A stretch of 64,000 nt of DNA from Kiritimatiellia bacterium (GCA_030744755.1 JASLPY010000016.1:6959-70958), one strand, 5' to 3'; shown: positions 28,628 through 38,417, counted from the stretch's first letter. The notes: generated by a model from the sequence alone, not told the origin. Numbers and translations are program-made.

Positions 28628-29779
28628 GTGTTTGCTAAAGGACTTAGGCTTATGCTGCTGGCCGCCAAACAGCTTGTGCGGCACAAGGTTCGCACAGTGC
28701 TGACCCTGTGCGGCGTGGCATCAGGTATGTTTCTCTATACAGCGGTGCAGACCATGCAACACTCGCTGGACAAGGCCACGCGAATGCGCGCCGCGGACAC
28801 CACACTTGTCGTCTACCGCGAGAACCGGTTTTGTCCCGAGACGAGCCGCCTACCCGAGTTCTACGAGGAGGAGATCCGGCGGATTCCCGGTGTACGCGAA
28901 GTGATTCCGATCAAAGTCACCGTGAACAACTGCGGCGCCAGCCTCGACGTAATCACTTTCCGTGGCGTTCCTCAGAACCGGCTCGCACGATATGCACCGG
29001 AAATCAAGATCGTCGACGGCGCATACGAGAAGTGGCTCACGCGTGATGACGGAGCCCTGGTTGGAAAGCAACTGGCCACAAGAAGAGGACTTCAACCGGG
29101 GGATGCTTTTGAGGCAGCCGGGGTGCGGGTTGTGGTCTGTGGCATCATCGACTCACCGCTTCCGCAGGACAACAGCGTGGCGTATGTTCACCTGGCCTTC
29201 CTGCAACAGGCGTCGCGCCACGGGCTCGGTGTAGTTACCCAGTTCAACGTGCGCGTCAATGCAAGTGAGGACCTGAATCCGGTAGCTGCTGCAATCGATG
29301 CACGTTTTCGGAGCGAAACGGATCCAACCATCACCCAGCCGGAAAAAGCATTTCTGGCTCAGACAGCAGGCGAGTTGATTGACCTGATCGGGTTTACACG
29401 CTGGATCGGACTGGGCGCCGTACTGGCCGTTCTGGGTCTGATCGGGAATGCCGTGCTCCTGGTTGTCCGCGGACGCGTGTGCGAGAATGCCGTGCTGCAG
29501 ACCGTGGGATTCCCGGGCACGGCAGTCGGCTTCGTGGTGCTGTGCGAGGGCGTCCTGCTGGGACTGTTCGGGAGCGGAATCGGGGCCGGACTCGCAACGG
29601 CATTTCTGGTATGGAGACCTTTCACTTTCGGCAACGAGGGTCAGACCATTGCGCTGGTTCCCGATGCGAGTCTGTTTGTCAACGGCGTGGGACTGGCGCT
29701 GCTGCTGGGAATGCTGGCTTCGCTATGGCCGGCGTGGGTAGCCATGCGCAAACCAATCGTCGAAAGCCTGAGGACCTGA
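28628..29779 (+). CDS. ABC transporter permease, FtsX/MacB-type (permease 1)
   Basis: GTG start 3 nt after the ATPase stop. It has an N-terminal TM, a periplasmic domain of about 200 aa, then three C-terminal TMs ending in '...[17 protein letters not shown]' (FtsX-type tail). Confidence 0.85.
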   Translation: MFAKGLRLMLLAAKQLVRHKVRTVLTLCGVASGMFLYTAVQTMQHSLDKATRMRAADTTLVVYRENRFCPETSRLPEFYEEEIRRIPGVREVIPIKVTVNNCGASLDVITFRGVPQNRLARYAPEIKIVDGAYEKWLTRDDGALVGKQLATRRGLQPGDAFEAAGVRVVVCGIIDSPLPQDNSVAYVHLAFLQQASRHGLGVVTQFNVRVNASEDLNPVAAAIDARFRSETDPTITQPEKAFLAQTAGELIDLIGFTRWIGLGAVLAVLGLIGNAVLLVVRGRVCENAVLQTVGFPGTAVGFVVLCEGVLLGLFGSGIGAGLATAFLVWRPFTFGNEGQTIALVPDASLFVNGVGLALLLGMLASLWPAWVAMRKPIVESLRT

Positions 29780-29783
29780 AGCC

Positions 29784-30935
29784 ATGTTACCGTTAGGATA
29801 TGCCATACGAAACCTGTTCAGAGACCCGACGCGACTGCTCCAAGCCGTGTTGGGAAGTGCCCTCGTGGTACTGATGGTAATGGTTGCGGCCGCCATCAAC
29901 GGCGGCATGAAGGATGTCCTTTCAGCATCCGGTTCCCCCGACAATGTGCTTCTGCTCGGGGCCGGCAGCGAGGAGAGTGTTCTGCGCAGCGAAATCGCAG
30001 AACGATCCGCTGGAATCGCGGAGACCAGCCTCGCAGGATTAAGTGTGGTTGCCGGCATCCGCGCCGTCTCGCCGGAAGTACACCAAATGGCGTTTCTTTC
30101 CGTCAGCAAAGATGACCGCCGCCAGGCGTTTGTGCGCGGCGTAACCCCACGCGCACTATTGGTTCATCGAGAGACCGTTGTTCAGCAGGGGCGTTTCCCT
30201 GAGTCGGGAGAGATCATGGCGGGTCGACTGGCGTGGAAACGGCTCGGCTTTCCAGTCGATACATTTACGCCCGGGGCAAGGGTTTTCTTTGAGGATATTC
30301 CGGTAAACGTGTCCGGCGTTTTCGCGGCGCCCGGCACCGTCATGGAATCCGAGATATGGATGCCACTCGGCGACCTACGCTCCCTGTCGCTGCGCGAGAA
30401 CTTGAGCTGTGTCGTTCTCCGCTTGGGTGAGGGCGCATTTGAAGACGTAGATCTTTTTACGAAACAGCGACTGGACCTGGAACTCTCCGCTTTGCGGGAG
30501 AGTGACTACTTTGCCGGGCTCTCCGTATTCTACGCACCTGTGCGAGGAATGGCGTGGATGACCGCGCTACTGATCGCAACCGGTGCTGTGCTGGGTGGAC
30601 TCAACACACTCTATGCCGCATTCGCACCCCGCATACGGGAGATTGCAGCACTGCAGGCAATCGGATTCGGGCGCGGCCCGATCATGTTTTCATTTGTCCA
30701 GGAATCCACGCTGGCCTGCCTTTGCGGGACTTTGCTGGCAGCATTGGTGGCCATTTGGTGTGTGGACGGTATTGCGGTTTCGTTTTCGATTGGGAGCTTC
30801 GTATTGCGGGTGACGCCACAGGTGGCAGTCACCGGGCTTGTTACGGGGTTGATGCTGGGCATTCTCGGGGCTATACCACCGGGACTTCGCTGCCTGCTGC
30901 CGCCCCTGCCCAGTGCGTTGCGTTCAGCAGGATAG
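29784..30935 (+). CDS. ABC transporter permease, FtsX/MacB-type (permease 2)
   Basis: Same architecture and length (383 aa) as permease 1, but the sequence has diverged. The tail is 'EIAALQAIGFGRGPIMFSFVQES...'. Confidence 0.85.
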   Translation: MLPLGYAIRNLFRDPTRLLQAVLGSALVVLMVMVAAAINGGMKDVLSASGSPDNVLLLGAGSEESVLRSEIAERSAGIAETSLAGLSVVAGIRAVSPEVHQMAFLSVSKDDRRQAFVRGVTPRALLVHRETVVQQGRFPESGEIMAGRLAWKRLGFPVDTFTPGARVFFEDIPVNVSGVFAAPGTVMESEIWMPLGDLRSLSLRENLSCVVLRLGEGAFEDVDLFTKQRLDLELSALRESDYFAGLSVFYAPVRGMAWMTALLIATGAVLGGLNTLYAAFAPRIREIAALQAIGFGRGPIMFSFVQESTLACLCGTLLAALVAIWCVDGIAVSFSIGSFVLRVTPQVAVTGLVTGLMLGILGAIPPGLRCLLPPLPSALRSAG

Positions 30936-30962
30936 ACAGAACACACAACGGGAGGAACAAGA

Positions 30963-31487
30963 ATGAAGACGTTGATGATGGCAACGATGGCAGCAGCTAT
31001 TGTCCTGGTTGCGGCGTGCGGCAAGAGGGAACCTGCCGTACCCGAACCCGTGACCACGCCTGCCGCATTTGTGAATGTGGAACCGGAAGGAACCCCCATT
31101 CCCATCCCGGAGGCACGCAAGACACTCAAACCGGGGGATGAAGTTCTGCTCCAGGGTCGGGTTATGGGTGTTCGCAATCCATTTGTAGATGGTCGCGCCG
31201 TCTTTGTGTTGGGTGACAATGAGACCATGACTCCCTGCACCGAAATGGGCGTGGAAGACCACTGCCGGACGCCTTGGGATGCATGTTGCGATCCGGTTGA
31301 AGTACGGGCCACCGGAACTGCTACCATCCAGGTTCTGGACGAGGACGGCAAGGTGCTGACACATGGATTGAAAGGTGTAAACGGCTTGAAAGAGCTCAGC
31401 CGCGTAATCGTCAAGGGCGTGGTTGCACCTATGGCGTCGGCAGAGGCGTTTGCGGTAAACGCCAAGGCCGTCTATGTTGCGGAGTAG
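30963..31487 (+). CDS. lipoprotein with a Cys/His/Met motif, embedded in the export operon
   Basis: Lipobox 'LVAAC'. The single cluster 'MTPCTEMGVEDHCRTPWDACCDP' sits in an otherwise beta-rich body of about 150 aa. Confidence 0.65.
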   Translation: MKTLMMATMAAAIVLVAACGKREPAVPEPVTTPAAFVNVEPEGTPIPIPEARKTLKPGDEVLLQGRVMGVRNPFVDGRAVFVLGDNETMTPCTEMGVEDHCRTPWDACCDPVEVRATGTATIQVLDEDGKVLTHGLKGVNGLKELSRVIVKGVVAPMASAEAFAVNAKAVYVAE

Positions 31488-31493
31488 AATGCG

Positions 31494-32804
31494 ATGAACC
31501 GCTTTTCATCATATTGCATGGCCGCTCTCCTGCTGATGCTGGGACTGTGCGCAAAGGGTGACGACTCTGCTTCCGGCTGGGGTGCGATGGTCGGCAATCC
31601 AAAGCTGGATGAGTGGATCGCTGCCGCGATCTCCGAAGCGCCGTCACTCGGTATCTCAAGCGCTTCTCTGCGCGTCGCGGCCGCAGACGAGCGCTCCGCG
31701 CGTGCGGAAAGACGCCCGACATTCAATGCGGACGTTGACCTGCGTGCCGGGCAGCGTCGAAACGCTATGACAGGAGGAGAAACCGCTGATCTCGAACCGG
31801 TCTCCATTGACCTCAACGTGGCTTGGGAATTGGACCTGCTAGGCCGTATCCGCTCGACCGTGGGCGCGACGCGCTTGGCGAAAGAAGCAGGCGAATACGT
31901 GTTGCGCGATCGCGAACTTGCTTTTGCTGCCGAGATTGCTCACAGCTACCTGGAAGGGAAGCTGCGTGCAGAACAGCTTGCTCTCAGTCGCACAGCTCTG
32001 TCCGCCCGTGAGACCATTGCCGACTATCACAAGGCACGAGTCGCAGCCGGGCTGGAGCGCATCGAGCTTCGGGATCAGGCCGGTGCGGACCGCTTGGTTG
32101 CGGACCGGAAGGTGGCGGAAGCCCGTGAAGCGCTTGCGCTTCTGGAAATGCACTGGCGCTACCTGATGCCGGACACATCCAGACCGCACATTGCATCCCT
32201 GACGGAGGAACTACCCGAAGCGTTACCGAAGGTCCCTGAGACCACGGAGCTTCACACCCTGGCCCTGAAGCGACCCGATGTCCAGGCTGCCCGTGCGCTT
32301 TGGCAAAGTGCGCAGCAGCGGACGAAGGCAGCGAAACGCAGCCGTCTTCCGACGGTTGAGGCCTTAGTCAAAGCTGAAGGCGATGGTCCCTCCCCGGTTG
32401 AGGAACCGGAGGAGTGGATTGCTTGGGCGGGCATTCGGCTTTCCCTGCCCGTTCTTGCTCCCGAGAACAGCGCTACCACGGAGAAACGGCGTGGGGAAGA
32501 AGATGCACAGGCGGCTTTGTATAAAGAGACCGCTCGGCTTGCGCTGCTGGACATTCGCAAAGCTTTCGTGGCCCGTGCTCATGTGGAACAGCAATGGCTG
32601 GCAGCAAAACAGGAAGCAAACCAACTGAAGGCAAAGCTCGATTCCGTCACCCGCCGGTTTGACCAGGGGCTGGTTCCCGTGGCAACGCGGGAAGCGGCAC
32701 ACCTGACCTGGCTTGGCGCGGAAGAACTGCGAATCAGTCTGCATACACTCGCTCTTCAACGCCACATCGCTCTACTCAAAGCCTGCGGCGGCCCCACACC
32801 CTGA
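31494..32804 (+). CDS. TolC/NodT-family outer-membrane efflux channel
   Basis: Lipoprotein-like N-terminus 'LLLMLGLCAKG' and two long, helix-rich repeats, as expected for the OMF family ('RRPTFNADVDL...', 'RLPTVEALVKAEG...'). This is the last gene of the operon. Confidence 0.8.
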   Translation: MNRFSSYCMAALLLMLGLCAKGDDSASGWGAMVGNPKLDEWIAAAISEAPSLGISSASLRVAAADERSARAERRPTFNADVDLRAGQRRNAMTGGETADLEPVSIDLNVAWELDLLGRIRSTVGATRLAKEAGEYVLRDRELAFAAEIAHSYLEGKLRAEQLALSRTALSARETIADYHKARVAAGLERIELRDQAGADRLVADRKVAEAREALALLEMHWRYLMPDTSRPHIASLTEELPEALPKVPETTELHTLALKRPDVQAARALWQSAQQRTKAAKRSRLPTVEALVKAEGDGPSPVEEPEEWIAWAGIRLSLPVLAPENSATTEKRRGEEDAQAALYKETARLALLDIRKAFVARAHVEQQWLAAKQEANQLKAKLDSVTRRFDQGLVPVATREAAHLTWLGAEELRISLHTLALQRHIALLKACGGPTP

Positions 32805-33017
32805 CCGCGGTAGCCCTGTCATATCACTCTGATCTGTGCTCGGGTATACGATGGAACACTGGCGCTGCAATGCCGGATGATGGGAGAATTCGCGAGGGCT
32901 GAATGACCCGTTTAAGAGGGAGCAAAGCAGGATTCTAGCTTGCACCCGGAAAAGGAATAGGCCATACTCTGCGCCCTTTGTGAGAAGAATAGACCAGACG
33001 ATACGGAGAGAATAGTC

Positions 33018-33221
33018 ATGGGAAGCGGAAGAACTTTCAATAAGGCTCCTGTAACAAGACCCAAGAAGTCGGGTGGCGACCGGCGAAGGCGCGATCTTGT
33101 TCAGAAACGGCGCCTGATCGCATTGGGCATGCCCGAAGAGCTTGTTGCCAAGATGACAACTCGCGAGATCAAGGACCACCTGAAGAGACCCACTAAGATA
33201 AAGGTCCCTGCGGCACAGTAA
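33018..33221 (+). CDS. small, very basic protein (67 aa) with a possible HeH/SAP-like helix pair
   Basis: '...KKSGGDRRRRDLVQKRRLIALGMPEELVAKMTTREIKDHLKRP...'. A GGAGAG lies about 8 nt upstream of the ATG. It competes with an unconvincing 152-aa antisense ORF. Confidence 0.4.
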   Translation: MGSGRTFNKAPVTRPKKSGGDRRRRDLVQKRRLIALGMPEELVAKMTTREIKDHLKRPTKIKVPAAQ

Positions 33222-33286
33222 CTTCCGCATGCCAGGTCTGCCGCAGAGCCCCGGGGGCGGTTTGGCCAGGCACAGGAAAAATCTCG

Positions 33287-34291
33287 ATGATAATCCGAAA
33301 AAGAGCCTATCCTCGTGGAGGGTTGGTCGGCAACCCGTCTGACGGGTATTTCGGAAAGACCATAGCGCTCTCTTTCTCCAATTTCAGAGCTGAGGTCGTT
33401 CTCTACGAGACTCCCGAGTTGGAAATCCTTCCATGCACTCGTGACCATTCTGTCTTCTCCAGTATCCACGCGCTGTCTCACGACGTGGATCTTTTCGGCT
33501 ACTACGGCGGTCTTCGTCTGCTGAAAGCGGCAATCAAGCGTTTTCGCGATTACTGCGGGCAGCACAATCTGGCGATCCACGACAGGAACTTCACGATCCG
33601 TTACCAGTCAAGTATCCCGCATCTTGTCGGTTTAGCGGGGTCCAGCGCGATAATTACCGCATGCATGCGCTGTTTGATGGAATTCTATGAAGTCCGTATC
33701 TCGAGACCGGAGCTTGCCAACCTCATTCTAACCGTGGAAACCGAAGAGCTTGGAATCAACGCCGGTCTGCAGGACAGGGTTGCACAAGTCTACCAGGGCC
33801 TGGTGTATATGGATTTCGACAAGGAATTGATGGAAACCCGCGGTTACGGTGATTACGTGCAGCTCGACGCCTCTCTTCTGCCTCCCCTTTACATCGCCTA
33901 CAGGGATGATCTTTCCGAAGGATCCGAGCGGGTTCACAGCAAGATCCGTGAGCGTTTCCAGAGAGGCGACGATGACATTATCGGGGCAATTGCCTTCTGG
34001 CGGAGCCTGGCCTCGGAAGTGCGTGAGCGTATTGAAGCCGGGGAAGGTGGATTGATCGGATCGCTGCTTGACGCCAACTTCGATAAGCGGGCCGAAATCT
34101 CGCCGATCAGCGAAGGCAATACGCGCATGATAGACGCGGCACGCTCCGTTGGTGCCAGTGCGAAGTTCACCGGTTCGGGTGGGGCCATAATCGGTGCCTA
34201 CGAGGACGAGAATATGTTCCAGGTGTTGAAAGAGGTACTTGAACCCCTTGACATCTCCGTCATCAAACCCAAGGTGGCTCCGGCGACCTAA
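33287..34291 (+). CDS. GHMP-family sugar kinase, glucuronokinase-like
   Basis: GHMP motif II 'VGLAGSSAIITA', plus 'GNPSDGYFGKTI', 'YYGGLRLL', 'GLQDRVAQVYQGLVYMDF', 'LLPPLYIAY' and 'KFTGSGGAIIG'. From memory, this set matches plant glucuronokinase. Confidence 0.75.
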   Translation: MIIRKRAYPRGGLVGNPSDGYFGKTIALSFSNFRAEVVLYETPELEILPCTRDHSVFSSIHALSHDVDLFGYYGGLRLLKAAIKRFRDYCGQHNLAIHDRNFTIRYQSSIPHLVGLAGSSAIITACMRCLMEFYEVRISRPELANLILTVETEELGINAGLQDRVAQVYQGLVYMDFDKELMETRGYGDYVQLDASLLPPLYIAYRDDLSEGSERVHSKIRERFQRGDDDIIGAIAFWRSLASEVRERIEAGEGGLIGSLLDANFDKRAEISPISEGNTRMIDAARSVGASAKFTGSGGAIIGAYEDENMFQVLKEVLEPLDISVIKPKVAPAT

Positions 34292-34303
34292 GAAGGACCA
34301 GTC

Positions 34304-35173
34304 ATGATACGAAAAGCTGTTATTCCAGCGGCAGGCTTTGGAACTCGTTTTCTTCCAGCGTCAAAGTCGCAACCCAAGGAGATGCTTCCTATTGTCGACA
34401 CCCCTGTCATTCAATACGTGGTTGAGGAGGCTGTCGCATCCGGGATTACCGATATCCTTATGGTTATCGGTAAAGGGAAGAGGGCTGTCGAAGAGCACTT
34501 TGACCGGAATTTCGAATTGGAAGCGGAATTGCGTGAGAAGGGGAAGCAGGCGGAACTGGATGCGATAAAAAGAATTTCGGATCTGGCAGACATACACTTC
34601 ATCTGGCAGAAGGAACTGAGGGGCCTCGGCGATGCGGTAGCCTGTGCCAGGCATCACGTCGGGGGAGAACCCTTCGCGGTGTTGCTGGGGGATACGCTAG
34701 TCGAATCGGGGGAACCGGTCACAAAACAGCTCCTGGGAGCCTTTGAGCGCTACCAGGAGTCGGTGGTTGCTCTCGAAGAGGTCCCCATGGAGAAAGTGAG
34801 CCGGTACGGCGTGATTGACGGACAGGAGATCAGCGACGATATATTCCTCATTCGCGACTTCGTCGAGAAACCTGAGGTAAACGATGCCCCATCGAATCTC
34901 GCCATAGCCGGCCGCTATATTCTGACTCCCGGCATTTTCGAGGAGATTGAGAAAACCGTTCCCGGCAAGAATGATGAGATTCAGCTCACGGACGCGATGC
35001 GGAGCCTGGTGTCTTCCCGTGCTATCTACGGGCTTCGCTTCTCGGGCCGTCGCTTCGACGTGGGCAACAAACTCGATTTCATCAAGACCAACGTAACCAT
35101 GGCCCTCAAAAGACCAGACCTCAGGGAAGATGTTGAGAGTTACATTCTGGAACTGGCCGAGAGTCTCAAATAG
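34304..35173 (+). CDS. galU: UTP--glucose-1-phosphate uridylyltransferase
   Basis: 'KAVIPAAGFGTRFLPASKSQPKEMLPIVDTPVIQYVVEEA', and 'VEKP' later in the protein. Confidence 0.9.
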   Translation: MIRKAVIPAAGFGTRFLPASKSQPKEMLPIVDTPVIQYVVEEAVASGITDILMVIGKGKRAVEEHFDRNFELEAELREKGKQAELDAIKRISDLADIHFIWQKELRGLGDAVACARHHVGGEPFAVLLGDTLVESGEPVTKQLLGAFERYQESVVALEEVPMEKVSRYGVIDGQEISDDIFLIRDFVEKPEVNDAPSNLAIAGRYILTPGIFEEIEKTVPGKNDEIQLTDAMRSLVSSRAIYGLRFSGRRFDVGNKLDFIKTNVTMALKRPDLREDVESYILELAESLK

Positions 35174-35177
35174 ACGG

Positions 35178-38100
35178 TTACAGGTCCAGAAGTTCGGAAA
35201 CGTCTTCCCAGCTCATTGTCTTCAGAACAGCCTCGTCGGATTCCACCGTGGCATCGATCACTGCCTTCTTCTTTTTCTGAAGCTCCAGGACTTTCTCTTC
35301 GACGGTTCCTTCGGCGATGAGCTTGACGCTGTAGACGGTATTCTTTTGACCGATACGGTGTGCCCTGTCGGTAGCCTGGTTCTCTACAGCGGGATTCCAC
35401 CACGGGTCGAAATGGATCACCATGTCCGCACCGGTCAGGTTCAATCCCGTGCCGCCGGCTTTCAGGCTGATCAGGAATAACGGGATGGTCCTGTCGGTAT
35501 TGAACCGTTTGACCACTTCGCCGCGCTCTTTTGTTGAACCGTCAAGATAGCAGAACCCCAAGTCCCTGTCAGCCAGTTCGCGCTTCAGGATCGTAAGCAT
35601 TGAAACGAACTGGCTGAAGACCAGAACGCGATGGCCCGCATCAACGGCCTCGTCAATCAACTCGAGAAAGAGTTCCATCTTTCCCGATGGACGTTTTGCT
35701 TTCAGCTCAGGTAGTTTGAGCAGCTCGAGGTGACAACTGGCCTGGCGAAGTCTCAACAAGGTTGTCAGGATCTCCATGCGGCTTTTCTGAAAGCCCTTCT
35801 TCTTGACCATGGAGGAGACCTTCCGCTGGGATGAGGCGAGAAGCTCGGCATATACAGCTTTCTGGTCAGGCGAGAGAGAACAATGTGAAACCTTCTCGAT
35901 CTTGGGAGGCAAGTCTTTTGCCACCACGGTCTTCAGCCGGCGAAGCATGAACGGGTGGAGCTTACGGCGGAGTTTCTTCTGTGCCATTTCGGCGTCCTGG
36001 CCCCCGCGAGCTATTGGGAGCTCGTAGTTCTGGCGGAAGGTGTCGTGTGCCCCGAGGTAACCCGGCATGAGAAAATCCATAATCGACCACAGGTCCGCCA
36101 CGCTGTTCTCTACCGGCGTACCCGTCAATACCAGTTTCTGAGTTGCCGGGATCTTCTTCGCGGCCAGGGCATTCTGGGTAGAGCGGTTTTTGATGTGCTG
36201 AGCCTCGTCCAGAACCGCGGCCGAAAACTCCTGTTCAGCGTACAAATCCTGATCCCGGCGCAGCAACGCGTAGGAAGTAACGATGACGTCGGATTCATCG
36301 AACTCGTCCCAAAGCGCGTGCCGTTCGCCGCCGCTCATTCTGAGGACCTTCATATCCGGGACGAAGCGGTTTGCTTCCTCTGCCCAGTTGTCGACGAGAC
36401 TGGTGGGGCAGACTATCAGTGCCGGGCGCCTGTCTGTTTCGGTGCGCGTTCGAGGCAGCGTCAGCCATGCAAGCGTTTGGATCGTCTTCCCAAGTCCCAT
36501 CTCATCCGCCAGCAAACCGGCAAAGCCGCTCCTCTCCAGGAAGTAGAGCCAGTCCACGCCCTCGGTCTGGTACGGACGAAGGATGTCCTTCAAAGGGGGT
36601 TGGAGAGGGGCAGGGGTCAGGCTCATCGTTCTGTTCTGCCGGCCGGCGAAATCCCGCCACTCGGCCGTGTCTTCAATGTCGATTCCATCCAGTCCGTCCA
36701 ACGATGACTTCACGAATGGTGCATAGACATCGGGCATCCGGAAATGACCCGGCCTGTCGCTTTCCATGCTTCCGCAGTCGGAGAAGACATCCTGCATGGA
36801 CTCAACTGCATCGGAGTCCAACAGGATCGTTCGATTGCCCTGCTTGAGAAATCCTTCACCACGGAGGAGCGCTCTCTGGATGTCGGCCTGGGAGATGCTG
36901 CTTCCTTCTCGATCCTCGAAGTCGAAGGCCACGTCAAACCATTCGCCCCCGGGCGACTGATCAACATGCACAACCGGAGTTGCAAAGTCCAGCGTATCGG
37001 CGAAGGGTTCCACCTTCCCCCTGAGATCCACATCCCAGCCCTGTCTTCTGAGAAACGGCATTCCACTGCCGAGGAAGTTAAGGACTTCCCGTGATCCCAC
37101 GACACTGTTCAAATCATCACCGCATGCGCCCCTGAATCCTACTCCGGCAAGGAGCTGAAGCGCCTGTTGCTCCCGGTTGTCGTTACGCACAAGATAGCGC
37201 AGCAGGTCGTCGGGATCCGGCAGGGAGAAATGCCCGTTGGGGTCAGGCTTGCCTGCCACAACTTGTATGTCGTCGTACAGGGCGTAGAGAATCACGGAGA
37301 GCGATGCCGGACTTCCGTTGACCTGCAGCCGGAACTTGGGTTCGGCCGGGTCTACCGTGAAAAGGTCGAGTGAGAGGTCCGTCTCGATCCGTGCCTCTTT
37401 CTCCAGTAGCGGGAGCTCCCGTTTGAAGAAAGTCAGGGCATCGCGACGCGATATGACGACCGGTTCCTCGTATATGGCGTGATACGGTCTCGGCAGCACG
37501 TTGGCAAGGGGCCACATGTGGCCGGCTCCCACTGCCAATCCCGAACGCCCGTCCACCAGGTAGACGGGAAACTCACCCGGTTTGAGAAAAGGCAGTTCCG
37601 TGTGGGCAAAAAGGAGGAGCTCACCATTCTCCCTGTCCAGGTCCATTCTGATGAACGTGGTGACGGGCGTTTCGTTTATGGACAGGTTCTCTCCGGATCC
37701 GGCATTAATGATGTTTCCGGTCCTTAGGCGGATGATGTTGAGGAAGTCCGAGCGTCCCATGGAAATACAGCCTTCAGCCGGGCCCTCTGAAATGTCTTCC
37801 AGGACAAACAGAAGTGATTCGTCTTTCTTCCTGAAAGAAAAGGGGATATCTCTGGGTGCACGGTCAAGGGGAACTCTTTCGTCCCGGTAGCTTATCTCGC
37901 ATGTAACATCAATACTCCCGGTCTGCCATCCCTCTTGCCACTGATTGTCTACGGAAACATGCAGTTCTGCGGGAACAGCGTTCATGTCGTCCGACGGAAC
38001 CCGGCGGATGTATTCCGATTCATCCACGGCGGCCAGGCGCGACGCCCGCCGAAGTTCCTCCTTGTGCTTGGCTTCCCGGAGGGGATCGGCGGAACGTTGA

Positions 38101-38372
38101 ACGAGGGTTAACCCCACTGCCATAATGTGATCACAGACCAGACCGCGTTCCCTGTTCGTGTAGCAGGGGCAGTCGCTGTCAAGCCCGCCATCGGGGCGAA
38201 CCCGGGCCGAGGTCTTCAAGGCCCTGTTGTTCCGAAGGATGGCGCCGGAGATGCGCGGGGGATCATAATCTGCCTCGAGAACAAGCCCTTTTTTCACCAG
38301 GCGTTCGGCATCCTGGAGCGTACGTTCACCGCCCCAGTCGATAAGTAGTTTCCTTGTGATCGGTGACGCCAT
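35178..38372 (-). CDS. SWIM zinc-finger / SNF2-family helicase
   Basis: N-terminal SWIM 'CPCYTNRERGLVCDHIMAV'. SNF2 motifs 'LLADEMGLGKTIQ', 'VLDEAQHIKN' and 'LTGTPVEN', and helicase-C motifs 'LISLKAGGTGLNLTGADMVIHFDPWWNP' and 'QATDRAHRIGQ'. Confidence 0.9.
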   Translation of the reverse strand: MASPITRKLLIDWGGERTLQDAERLVKKGLVLEADYDPPRISGAILRNNRALKTSARVRPDGGLDSDCPCYTNRERGLVCDHIMAVGLTLVQRSADPLREAKHKEELRRASRLAAVDESEYIRRVPSDDMNAVPAELHVSVDNQWQEGWQTGSIDVTCEISYRDERVPLDRAPRDIPFSFRKKDESLLFVLEDISEGPAEGCISMGRSDFLNIIRLRTGNIINAGSGENLSINETPVTTFIRMDLDRENGELLLFAHTELPFLKPGEFPVYLVDGRSGLAVGAGHMWPLANVLPRPYHAIYEEPVVISRRDALTFFKRELPLLEKEARIETDLSLDLFTVDPAEPKFRLQVNGSPASLSVILYALYDDIQVVAGKPDPNGHFSLPDPDDLLRYLVRNDNREQQALQLLAGVGFRGACGDDLNSVVGSREVLNFLGSGMPFLRRQGWDVDLRGKVEPFADTLDFATPVVHVDQSPGGEWFDVAFDFEDREGSSISQADIQRALLRGEGFLKQGNRTILLDSDAVESMQDVFSDCGSMESDRPGHFRMPDVYAPFVKSSLDGLDGIDIEDTAEWRDFAGRQNRTMSLTPAPLQPPLKDILRPYQTEGVDWLYFLERSGFAGLLADEMGLGKTIQTLAWLTLPRTRTETDRRPALIVCPTSLVDNWAEEANRFVPDMKVLRMSGGERHALWDEFDESDVIVTSYALLRRDQDLYAEQEFSAAVLDEAQHIKNRSTQNALAAKKIPATQKLVLTGTPVENSVADLWSIMDFLMPGYLGAHDTFRQNYELPIARGGQDAEMAQKKLRRKLHPFMLRRLKTVVAKDLPPKIEKVSHCSLSPDQKAVYAELLASSQRKVSSMVKKKGFQKSRMEILTTLLRLRQASCHLELLKLPELKAKRPSGKMELFLELIDEAVDAGHRVLVFSQFVSMLTILKRELADRDLGFCYLDGSTKERGEVVKRFNTDRTIPLFLISLKAGGTGLNLTGADMVIHFDPWWNPAVENQATDRAHRIGQKNTVYSVKLIAEGTVEEKVLELQKKKKAVIDATVESDEAVLKTMSWEDVSELLDL

Positions 38373-38417
38373 GCCGGTGTGAACTGAAGATGTTTGGTAA
38401 ACGGCCTTCCCTGGTTA

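Noticed and set aside
32772-33230. 152-aa minus-strand ORF in the TolC / GHMP-kinase gap
   Set aside because: It overlaps the TolC gene end, has a non-protein-like composition and has no SD. The small basic + strand ORF is the (weakly) preferred interpretation.
35178-38372. SNF2 helicase as part of a known defence system (DISARM, Zorya or BREX-type)
   Set aside because: No methyltransferase, nuclease, PLD, ZorAB-like or BrxC/PglZ-type partners are nearby. The SWIM+SNF2 architecture is widespread as a solitary gene. It is kept only as a low-certainty two-gene lead.
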